Virus record (IMG/VR): IMGVR_UViG_3300050821_013430
Location: 1-64,000 of that record
DNA: 64,000 nt
Strand: one strand, 5' to 3'
Shown here in pieces: positions 55,480 through 64,000 of this stretch (the first letter of the stretch is position 1; each line of letters begins with the position of its first letter). The position numbers and the translations under genes are program-made. The notes below the pieces were generated by a model, which was given only the letters and a program-made list of their open reading frames with translations, had not been told where the DNA came from and did not search any database.

Positions 55480-58400
55480 TTACCATCTATATTGAATAAC
55501 TAATGGTGAAAGTGCCCAAGTTACTGTTGACCCACCAGTATTTACATAGTTCATATCTACGGAAGCCGCAATACGGAAATTGTTGCCTGTTATAAAAGAA
55601 TTTGATGGAAGGCCTGCAGTTATATCGCAATACTGCGTAGCGCTATTAATGGTAGCAGGGGTTACTACTTGATATCCGGCGCCCGCGCTTGCGGCTGTAT
55701 AAGTAATCGTAGTATATTGTAGTGAGGTCCTATTACTGATATCAGAACCGGCGACGATATTATTTTTGACGTCAGCGATACCATTACTGCCCGGCGCTCC
55801 GGATGCGGTTGGATAGTAAGAGTTTAGTGTAAGAGTAATTTGATTATTATTCTGAGAAGACGTTGTGTCCAAACTTCCTATACTGGCTAGCCAAATACCA
55901 AGTTTAGCATCAGTAATTTTGACACCTGATGGTAAAATATCATCCAGAGAAATAGTAAATGAAAAATCTTTATTTCCACTATCTGCTGCGGTGCTAGTTA
56001 TCAAAGTATAATTAGCATTACTAAATTGAGCACCAAAGAATCCAGGAGTTACTCTTTCGACTTGGAAAGTTGCAGAACCAGTGAAGGGGGCAAAAAATGC
56101 CACGGCATTTTGATAGGCCGGACCATTTGGATTAGAACTAATAGCAGTCGCACTTGGAGTGACATAATGAGCATAATCGAGCAATGAAATAGCGGCATAT
56201 CCAGTTTGATTGATATTAGAGTTAGCAACTACAAATAGTGATATATTAGTGATCAAATTAGTATGTAGAGGATTACTGTCTAATGTAGGCTGATCAAAAA
56301 AGTTATTTACGATGGTATGTTGAGAGATAGCAAAAGTGCCAGCACCACTTACATTGTCACCTCCATCAACATAACTACTCCAAGTAGTAGCTCCACGATA
56401 TAGTTTATTACCACTAACAATGGAATTGTTATTGGCTAACGCAATGCCGGTAGGAGAGCCGGGAGAGAATAGAGCGGGAGCCACTCCACTGATGATATTG
56501 TCAGTGATAGTAGCATTTTGACCAGCAAAAATACCGGTGTCGTAACTATATGTAGTAACAGAAGATGTAGGAGGAGATGTAGTAGATTCTTCTCCGGTAT
56601 TGATATGATTTCCAGTAATTAGTACATCGGTAAAATAACTAGCATTGACGTTACCGCCAGTACTCATCGACCCGCCACCAGTAGAAATCAAACTGCATCC
56701 AGTAAAAGAAGTGCTAGTGGTTCCAGAATATGTCACAATTTGGATTCCAGCACTAGTAGTCACGAAGATAGTACCAGAGGTAGGAAAGCCTATAGTGGAA
56801 GCAACATTGATAATAGATTGGGGTAAGAATTGTCCATTAGAAGGTGCAGCAATAGTAGTGAAAATAGCAGTAGGATTGAAGACATGGATCGCGCTATTAT
56901 CCGATGGGCTAGACCCACCATTGAAACTTCTGCGCCAGCTGAAATCAAAGGCGTTTAGGATATTGCTCTTGAAAATTGAGGTGGCTTTATGATCCTTGAT
57001 ATTAGATGAAGCAACTGCAATTGGCATTCTAATCCAAGAGCAAGTATTCTCACTAACAATGATGGCGCCAGAAGTCAAAGAAATTGGAGAACCAGCGGCC
57101 CATTCAGTACCAGTAGAATCGGTAGCCGTAATATATTGGCAAGTATTACCAACGATTCTAAGACTAAAATACTTATCGTATGGTTTTCCAAGATCGGTAT
57201 TGAAAGTGTTTGATGGGGTATCTGCCCTTACCATCGCACTAATTGTTCCGCATTCATTTTTTTCAATCACGCAATTAACGGTCGCTAACATTTCCGAAAG
57301 AGGAGCCGAGGGGGATGGGGGAGCCGTGATAGCAATCATTTGATTCTTATCGCAAATATTCCCACTGATAGTACAATCAACCAATCGCACAGCGGCCGTA
57401 CTGGTGTTACCCGAATTGAGTTTACAAGTGAAAGCGATAGCCGCTCGAATATCGTCCTCAGCGACAAGAGTAGAGAAGGTATTGTTGGAGATATTGACGT
57501 TTTGGAGAATATTACCCGCCGAAGCAAACTCAAAACTAATGAAAGGAAAACGAGCAATCGGATGAGCAAGCGTTGTAACCGTATAAACAAAGTTACAGTT
57601 TGTAATTGAGATATTACGATTGCTGAGATAACCATCAGCTCCGACATTGCTATATATGCAGGCCTTGTTACTATTGATTAGATTAGAGTAAGAAAAGGAA
57701 CCATCGAGAGATGCGTCATATCCGTCATTGAAGGTGATCCCATCAAAATGAACGTTACTTCCAATAATGAACCCGACGGAAGAACTAATATCAAAAATAC
57801 CACCATCACCCTTAAAATAGACAGGGGCAAAGAAATCCAAAGGTACTACGTTGGTAATTGGAAAATGTCCTTTGACCAGAACAGTATTAGAGATAGAGTT
57901 TGCGGTAGTGTTATTGTTAGATACAAATTGAGTTAGTTGTTGGAGCCAGGTAGTAAGAGAGGCAAACGAGCGAAAGCTAGCATTAGCTCCAAGAACAAAA
58001 GGATCAGTTAGACCACCATACCCGTTATAGATGAAGCGGCGGGCGTCCAATGAAGCGGCGGAAACGCTTGCCACCCCGCCAGAAACTGAAGTGTAGCCAT
58101 CTAGCACCGCAATAGGTACCAAATCCTTTTGATTGAGAACTAGATCAGAAAAGTAAGTACCGCGAAGTTGATAGGTATTACTACTAACTGGCTCAATAGC
58201 CCAAAACATTCTAGTGTTGTCTAGAGGAGAATAAGAGGCAGCAAAAGCACCATTGGGATCAAAATCGGTAGATGCGATAGTAACCAATTCACCGCTATCA
58301 CTGACACATAAAAACCAGGTTATATTGGGGACAGTTGTGCTACCACCACCGACTTCTAAATAAACAGCCTCATACACTGCTGGGATAGCCGCTACACTAT

Positions 58401-61272
58401 TATCCAACTGAATAACTTTTCCATTAACAATAGCAGTCCCGCCATTGACAAAAACGTTGTTATTAGCGATAGATACTACATCAAATCCACGAATAACACC
58501 ATTTTCACTCAATAGTTTGGTTGGCGTAGCAATGTAATCGAGAGCGGAGGTAGATAGATCTTTTTCACTGGTATTACCGAATTGCCTCTGATCAATAATG
58601 TATCGAATACGTTTATTTAGATCGTTGACCTGACAGGTGCCTACCAGTAATACTTCGTCGTCTAGGGATAGTGTCGGGAATAACTGAACATCTATGTTTT
58701 GTCCGGCAAAAGTAGGAACATTATCTTTTGGCTCAAAAATAAAATCGATGAAATCAATGTTAGTTTCATCGTAGAACCTGACAGGAATACCGAGTTTGCC
58801 TACGGTGGTAGGCCCAGCATTGGAAGCGGTAGAACCATCCCATCTACGAAGATTACCAGTAAAGATACCAGTAATACTATTGTACGAAGTGATTACTAAA
58901 TTGATTTTTCTAACTGAACCAAATGTATATCCGCGAAGTTTTGGTGATATCTTGTAAAGATTTACAAATTTGATAGCGCTATCAGAATACAACGTGGTAC
59001 TATTGATAGCAATATTGGATCCGGTGATATTGGCCCGACCTCGCTCTTGTGTGAAAGAGTTTCCATTTTGATCAACATATACTTCCATATGTCGGGCAAA
59101 ACCAGTGACTGAGGTATTATCGGAGAGATTTTCTTTGTTGAATCCGACCGAACCAGCATTATAGTACAAACGAACTATTGTACCATTTGGGGCAGAAACG
59201 AAAGGAGATATTCCAGTACTATGAATAGCATCAAAAACAGTAATGGTAGTATATCCCGTATAACCATCACAATTGCAGTTATTAAACTCTACATCGGTGA
59301 TAATAAAACGACCAAAATCAACAATGCTACCGCCTTGCCCAGTTTCTTGTTGTACTACGATAGTATTACCAATTTGTAGGCTAGAATTACTTAGATTGAA
59401 AAGGACTTTATATGTCTTGAAGACGTTGATCCCGGGAACTATCGTTTGATTTGTAATAGTAGCTGGCCAGTAACCATCCCCATAACCATCAATAAGTTGA
59501 TTTGGCTCTAAATTGAAAGAATCTCTCTCCACCCCATTGACATAAAAATTCTTTCGTTTAAGTGGTGGCCAAATAAAAGTTGGTAACTGAGATGCAGTTG
59601 GAATTGCATAAGAGGCGGAGAAAGGCGGACTTGCTACACCAGAACCATTGAGCCCCAATCCTAGAGCATCTTTTGGCGTAAAGACGTCAATTACGTTATT
59701 AGGAAATAGGGTGGCGCTACCACTCGGATCGTAATTGCCACTAGAAGTTACTGCCCCAGCAATAATTGAAAAACTTACATTGTTATAGTGGTCTGCCAAC
59801 ATAAGACCAAATTGACCAAAATAATTATAGGCAATAAAACGATAATTATATCCCTGTATGCGGAAAGCATTATTAATGTTCTGAACAATTGTGTCTAATG
59901 TATAGAGGCCGGGAGAAATCCCCTTTTCACCAGTGATATCAATAGCTGGCAAACTAATAACACCATCGTTTGGATTACCGGTCGGATACAATTGTAAATA
60001 CAAATTGTAATGTTTAGAATCAACTTGATCCGGGACGAAATCAGTTCCGATTACTTGCGCGCCTCGCGCGCTACCGAGAATCAAGGACGGATAAAGATTT
60101 GCGCTAGGATTCCAGGCAGGTGCCAAAGCTAATACACCAGTTTTATCAGTGTTGAATAGGGGTCGATTGACACTAGCAATCGCGGTGGTCGTGGCTAAAA
60201 GATTTTTTCCGTCAATTCTAACTAGAAATGTACCGATCCCGCCGCTAGAAATATATTTCGTTTCACGAATTATGAATGGAAGAACAACACTTCCATAATT
60301 AACCGTAAGAATATCACCAATTCTGATTTGAGCAAATTGTGAATCAAATACATAACCATCATCAGATAATGGGGTAAATCTTACTACATCATCGCCATCA
60401 GTAATGTTATCGACCGGAGTACTGCTACCCCCATCTAAAAGGAAAGTCGTAGCAGTGGTCGGAGGAACAATCAATTGTCCATGCGTTGCATCATTGAAAG
60501 AAGTGGCACGAGCAGTTCTCGGAATACCATTAGCATATAATGTCTGAATCCTAGTACCAAGTAATAGAATACCTGAACTGTCCAAAAAGTCCGCAAGTAA
60601 TTGAACATCTGTCGTAGTCTGAGGGATATAATTGAAAGTCGATACATTAAGATTGATGCCGGAAGCAACGTGAGCATAATTGATTGGTGGGATAGTGCCA
60701 AAGATAGTTCCATCATCTTTTTCATGAGTATTTAGATCGGTATTGATATCGGAAAGTAGAGTGTAAGCATTAGTATTATTTCGCGGCAATCCATACTTGT
60801 TGAGCAAGAAAGGAGTATTCACCATAATAGCACTTAGATCATGAAAATAACCGGTGCCATCGATATGCGGCTCTATTTTGATTCCAGTATCGGCCACAAA
60901 ACTTAAAACTGTTCCCAAATCCAAACTGAAATTGGAAATCATATTAAACAAATCAGCCGTACGATGATCGAGCGTAAGTTTGGATTCTAAGATACCGGCA
61001 GTAGGAGAAATTTGACTATTAGTAATTGGTAAAGAAACTAATCCTGCTGCGGCAATAGCGGATGGTAAAAGATTTCCTGCCGGATCAAGAGAAATACCAA
61101 GGCGAGCAGCTAGTGAGTTGGCCGTTCCGGCAATATTAGTTCCTAATGCGTCTTCGATAGCGAAAATAGCATCTCGGCATTGATCTATTGCCTGGCCTCC
61201 CAGCTCAGTAATAGCGTCATCAACTCGAATGATTGAAATATCATCATCTAAATTTTGGGGGTAATTGCTCAT
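55480..61272 (-). CDS. Large virion fibre protein with beta-helix region
   Basis: 1930 aa; N-terminal YPQNLDD...AIFAIE; repeated ISNN/ISGN/IVGN/ITGN/ITDN beta-helix rungs. Confidence 0.7.
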   Translation of the reverse strand: MSNYPQNLDDDISIIRVDDAITELGGQAIDQCRDAIFAIEDALGTNIAGTANSLAARLGISLDPAGNLLPSAIAAAGLVSLPITNSQISPTAGILESKLTLDHRTADLFNMISNFSLDLGTVLSFVADTGIKIEPHIDGTGYFHDLSAIMVNTPFLLNKYGLPRNNTNAYTLLSDINTDLNTHEKDDGTIFGTIPPINYAHVASGINLNVSTFNYIPQTTTDVQLLADFLDSSGILLLGTRIQTLYANGIPRTARATSFNDATHGQLIVPPTTATTFLLDGGSSTPVDNITDGDDVVRFTPLSDDGYVFDSQFAQIRIGDILTVNYGSVVLPFIIRETKYISSGGIGTFLVRIDGKNLLATTTAIASVNRPLFNTDKTGVLALAPAWNPSANLYPSLILGSARGAQVIGTDFVPDQVDSKHYNLYLQLYPTGNPNDGVISLPAIDITGEKGISPGLYTLDTIVQNINNAFRIQGYNYRFIAYNYFGQFGLMLADHYNNVSFSIIAGAVTSSGNYDPSGSATLFPNNVIDVFTPKDALGLGLNGSGVASPPFSASYAIPTASQLPTFIWPPLKRKNFYVNGVERDSFNLEPNQLIDGYGDGYWPATITNQTIVPGINVFKTYKVLFNLSNSSLQIGNTIVVQQETGQGGSIVDFGRFIITDVEFNNCNCDGYTGYTTITVFDAIHSTGISPFVSAPNGTIVRLYYNAGSVGFNKENLSDNTSVTGFARHMEVYVDQNGNSFTQERGRANITGSNIAINSTTLYSDSAIKFVNLYKISPKLRGYTFGSVRKINLVITSYNSITGIFTGNLRRWDGSTASNAGPTTVGKLGIPVRFYDETNIDFIDFIFEPKDNVPTFAGQNIDVQLFPTLSLDDEVLLVGTCQVNDLNKRIRYIIDQRQFGNTSEKDLSTSALDYIATPTKLLSENGVIRGFDVVSIANNNVFVNGGTAIVNGKVIQLDNSVAAIPAVYEAVYLEVGGGSTTVPNITWFLCVSDSGELVTIASTDFDPNGAFAASYSPLDNTRMFWAIEPVSSNTYQLRGTYFSDLVLNQKDLVPIAVLDGYTSVSGGVASVSAASLDARRFIYNGYGGLTDPFVLGANASFRSFASLTTWLQQLTQFVSNNNTTANSISNTVLVKGHFPITNVVPLDFFAPVYFKGDGGIFDISSSVGFIIGSNVHFDGITFNDGYDASLDGSFSYSNLINSNKACIYSNVGADGYLSNRNISITNCNFVYTVTTLAHPIARFPFISFEFASAGNILQNVNISNNTFSTLVAEDDIRAAIAFTCKLNSGNTSTAAVRLVDCTISGNICDKNQMIAITAPPSPSAPLSEMLATVNCVIEKNECGTISAMVRADTPSNTFNTDLGKPYDKYFSLRIVGNTCQYITATDSTGTEWAAGSPISLTSGAIIVSENTCSWIRMPIAVASSNIKDHKATSIFKSNILNAFDFSWRRSFNGGSSPSDNSAIHVFNPTAIFTTIAAPSNGQFLPQSIINVASTIGFPTSGTIFVTTSAGIQIVTYSGTTSTSFTGCSLISTGGGSMSTGGNVNASYFTDVLITGNHINTGEESTTSPPTSSVTTYSYDTGIFAGQNATITDNIISGVAPALFSPGSPTGIALANNNSIVSGNKLYRGATTWSSYVDGGDNVSGAGTFAISQHTIVNNFFDQPTLDSNPLHTNLITNISLFVVANSNINQTGYAAISLLDYAHYVTPSATAISSNPNGPAYQNAVAFFAPFTGSATFQVERVTPGFFGAQFSNANYTLITSTAADSGNKDFSFTISLDDILPSGVKITDAKLGIWLASIGSLDTTSSQNNNQITLTLNSYYPTASGAPGSNGIADVKNNIVAGSDISNRTSLQYTTITYTAASAGAGYQVVTPATINSATQYCDITAGLPSNSFITGNNFRIAASVDMNYVNTGGSTVTWALSPLVIQYRW

Positions 61273-61321
61273 GTGTTATCCACCAAAATGCCATAATATT
61301 CGGGGTGGAACGAATCTCGTA

Positions 61322-61747
61322 TTATTGGCCACGAGGAGGCAGATTAGTTGGAATTGTATCGTCAGTAGAAGTGGTGGTGCCTGTCGGAGGTGATGGGGGT
61401 ATAGGGATGCCCAATGAGGATACAAGTGCTTGTATAGAAGAGCCGAGTGTTCCTTTGATAACACTAAAAATGAGACCTGAGAGAAGCCCAGCTACGGCAC
61501 CAAAGAGAATATGGTCCAAATTGCTTGTCAAACCTGTGGAATATGGATAGGCCTTGAGAAGACGTGCCATTGTACCACCAATCAAAATAGGTGCAACTGG
61601 AAGAACAAGTGTATTCCAAAGTCTAGATGATTGAAGTTGAATGAAGAAGTATTGTAAAATAGTACGGAGAATGAATACTATCGTCATAACGCCAAGACTG
61701 AAAAGTATAAACTGCCAAGTGATAAATGACCAAAGATCGGGTCCCAT
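61322..61747 (-). CDS. Holin-like protein with three TM segments
   Basis: Three hydrophobic helices, LVLPVAPILIG and FGAVAGLLSGLIFSVIK, Pro/Thr-rich tail. Confidence 0.55.
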   Translation of the reverse strand: MGPDLWSFITWQFILFSLGVMTIVFILRTILQYFFIQLQSSRLWNTLVLPVAPILIGGTMARLLKAYPYSTGLTSNLDHILFGAVAGLLSGLIFSVIKGTLGSSIQALVSSLGIPIPPSPPTGTTTSTDDTIPTNLPPRGQ

Positions 61748-61828
61748 TAATTATCTACTTTCTTAGCACGATAAATTTCTTTCATACGAATAATGCTAAC
61801 TTAGCCATACCACTGTCAAAAGTCAGGC

Positions 61829-62629
61829 CTACGCAACCCAAAAAATGGCAATCAATCCGCCACCAGAATTACCACCGGAACCTCCATTTCCAGGAGTTGA
61901 GCTACCATTTCCACCCGCCCCACCCCCACCCGCTCCTGCCCCGTAATTACTAACACTTGACGCACTTTGTCCGTTTGATCCGGTACCGCCACTACTAATC
62001 CCACCGTTGCCACCAACGCCACCGTTACCAATAACAAATGGGCAATTACTTCCACCCGCTCCAGCACCAGGGAGGCCATCATTAATCCCTCCATTAAAAT
62101 TGCCTGAACTTCCACCAGCTCCACCTCCATTAGGGAATCCGCCTCCCACAGTATGTGTAACAACGCTTCCTCCCGCTCCAAAAGAAAAGGGAGCGCTACT
62201 GCCTATTTGGAACGGATAAGTTGCTCCGCCAAAATTATCAGCAGTGCCAATTCCTGCCTGTCCTCCTTGACCGCCGTTGAATACAAAAGGATGACCTAGG
62301 GTTAGAGAAAAAGAAGAAAGATGACCATTAAAACCATCTGTTGCGGCGGTTGAAGTGCTAAAAATACCGCCAGATCCACCAACGGCTGGTGCGGCCACAG
62401 TGTAACTATAAGATACGCCTGGTGTTACATTGATATAAACCCAACTTCCAGTCGCCCCACCACCCCCACTTCCACCACTTTTACTACCGCTACCTAAACC
62501 ACCACCAGCCGCACCGCCTCCTCCGGCTCCACCGGATCCAATTCCGAAAATCCAAACTTGAGTCACACCCGCTGGTGCTGTCCAGCTTGCTGTTCCTGGC
62601 GTTGTAAATTGTACTGATACTAAAACCAT
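61829..62629 (-). CDS. Glycine-rich tail fibre-associated protein
   Basis: FTTPGTASWTAPAGVTQVWI...GGAGGGG pattern ending GGLIAIFW. Confidence 0.75.
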   Translation of the reverse strand: MVLVSVQFTTPGTASWTAPAGVTQVWIFGIGSGGAGGGGAAGGGLGSGSKSGGSGGGGATGSWVYINVTPGVSYSYTVAAPAVGGSGGIFSTSTAATDGFNGHLSSFSLTLGHPFVFNGGQGGQAGIGTADNFGGATYPFQIGSSAPFSFGAGGSVVTHTVGGGFPNGGGAGGSSGNFNGGINDGLPGAGAGGSNCPFVIGNGGVGGNGGISSGGTGSNGQSASSVSNYGAGAGGGGAGGNGSSTPGNGGSGGNSGGGLIAIFWVA

Positions 62630-64000
62630 TTATATACTCCACCATCCGGTACTACCGTCTGAAATGAGTCTAACTGTTTGATAATCAGCAGATAACACAT
62701 AATCAGTTGGTAAGCCCTCTATATTATTGGTGCCAAATCTATGAACGGTAATAGGATTAGTTGCGGCATTACCAGAAATATCCTTGATGGTAATTACACG
62801 ACCTCTTGTACTCACGGCTGGCAAATTTACTTGATAGGGGGCCGATGCATTGACTAAAACCACCACATCCAAAGTGATGGAATAAGGAGAGCCGGTAGAA
62901 ACTATATTAGTGGCACTGTTGGCAAAATAAAGGGGCCCTAAAATACTAACATTAGCAATATCTACACCTGATGAACTTACATTGTTTGGTACCTGATTGA
63001 CATTGAAAGTGCCAGTCATATCGTTATTACCATAAACAATACAATTAGTATTATTGATCAAAGTAGAAGTGCTAGGACTGGTTTGCCAAACTATGATATT
63101 TATAGAGGTTGGGGTACCGCCAGAACTACTTACAGAAAGGATATTATTGTTGGAAATTACAATATTAGCTTTTGGTCCAGTAATAGAAGGAACTGTATTA
63201 GGAAATGACGCAATAACAGGTCCGGTTAGTAATACACTATTATCTACAAAATTAGTATAAAAATAATTTTCAGTAGCATTTATATTACAAACATTGAGTT
63301 GAAACGGCGCTGCTACGGCCGAAGTACCGTAACCATTTGCTGAATTACCATAACATCTAATTTTATTTTTGTTGCAATAAAAATAGTCAGCATTACCACC
63401 ACCGGCTTGAAAAATAATTGGAATGGTGAAACCATCAAAAGACGAATTACGAATAAATAATCCGGTACCAGTAGTAAAATTTATACTATCAGTGCCAATA
63501 GCGGCGCCAGTATTAGAAGAGGGTTTTCCGGCAGTATAAACCACTTTTCCTAAAAATCTAACTCCATCACAAACTAAATTGGAACTCTGATCTTGCACTA
63601 CCAATGGAAAAGATACTGATGTATTTCGTGGTACTAAATAAGACGTATCGCCCAAAAATTTTGGCTCTATAAAATTATCAGCAATAGTAAGGTTTAGAAA
63701 TACCGTATCTTTGGAAAAAATGAATAATGAGTCAGATCCGCCACCAGCAATAATTCCATTATCGCCTACTCTACTAGAATCAGATGAAATAGAAAACATC
63801 GGGGCGTTAGAGGAAGTTTGATTGATTAGTTTGGTGCCAAACCCTTCTCCCATCAATATAATGCCTGGGGGTACATTAACAGTATTAGAAATGGAATAAG
63901 TACCAGCTTTGATAAAAACAATACCACCATCTCTAACACGATGATAACTAGGATTAGATGGATTAGTAAAGAGATCATTGAGTACCGGATCTAACGGAGG
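62630..64000 (-). CDS. Tailspike/fibre protein with pectate-lyase-like beta helix, 5' end outside the window
   Basis: Frame is open to 64000 (GGIVFIKAGTYSISNTVNVPPGIILMGEG); C-terminal VNLPA...ITIKDISGNAATNPIT...DGSTGW domain. Confidence 0.75.
   Translation of the reverse strand, partial: PPLDPVLNDLFTNPSNPSYHRVRDGGIVFIKAGTYSISNTVNVPPGIILMGEGFGTKLINQTSSNAPMFSISSDSSRVGDNGIIAGGGSDSLFIFSKDTVFLNLTIADNFIEPKFLGDTSYLVPRNTSVSFPLVVQDQSSNLVCDGVRFLGKVVYTAGKPSSNTGAAIGTDSINFTTGTGLFIRNSSFDGFTIPIIFQAGGGNADYFYCNKNKIRCYGNSANGYGTSAVAAPFQLNVCNINATENYFYTNFVDNSVLLTGPVIASFPNTVPSITGPKANIVISNNNILSVSSSGGTPTSINIIVWQTSPSTSTLINNTNCIVYGNNDMTGTFNVNQVPNNVSSSGVDIANVSILGPLYFANSATNIVSTGSPYSITLDVVVLVNASAPYQVNLPAVSTRGRVITIKDISGNAATNPITVHRFGTNNIEGLPTDYVLSADYQTVRLISDGSTGWWSI

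Noticed and set aside
61748-61828. TTGACA promoter and 12-codon mini-ORF upstream of the holin-like gene
   Set aside because: Best -10 gives only a 15-bp spacer, and the mini-ORF has no supporting features
459-63260. Numerous plus-strand ORFs of 60-130 aa in the ORF track
   Set aside because: All lie antisense to long minus-strand genes with recognisable motifs and show no protein signatures of their own
1-64000. Stop-codon reassignment as in some large phages
   Set aside because: Genes are long and tightly packed in the standard code, and TAA, TAG and TGA all end genes at plausible boundaries
1-64000. CRISPR arrays, tRNAs, rRNA or DGR repeats
   Set aside because: Non-coding gaps are all under about 170 bp and no such repeats or cloverleafs were visible by eye; a tRNAscan/Infernal run would be needed to exclude small RNAs

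Overview
This window is part of a large (jumbo-type) contractile-tailed phage genome. Essentially all real genes lie on the minus strand under the standard genetic code. Right to left, in the direction of transcription, the first part is a virion module: tailspike/fibre genes, holin-like gene, neck protein, sheath, tube, tail chaperones with a -1 frameshift, tape measure, hub, spike, gp25-like wedge, baseplate J and very large baseplate proteins. Next come a glycosyltransferase, a spanin-like membrane protein, a degenerate dTDP-glucose dehydratase, a tubulin/PhuZ-like GTPase, three tandem Sm-like miniproteins and a GH25 endolysin. The left end is a replication/regulation block: SF2 helicase, DnaC-like loader, DnaB, FmdB-type zinc ribbons, sigma factor and class II ribonucleotide reductase. 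Five free-standing HNH endonucleases of one family and one Vsr/PD-(D/E)XK-type nuclease are interspersed. The most unusual signals are: (1) a DGY tripeptide strongly enriched in virion proteins, including codon-diverse tandem copies, next to a co-transcribed glycosyltransferase; (2) a cluster of Sm-fold genes; (3) an in-frame miniature of the HNH gene retained in front of baseplate J; (4) a shared intergenic SSGATATA promoter-like motif; (5) a catalytically dead RmlB homologue. All calls come from reading motifs by eye; no searches were run.
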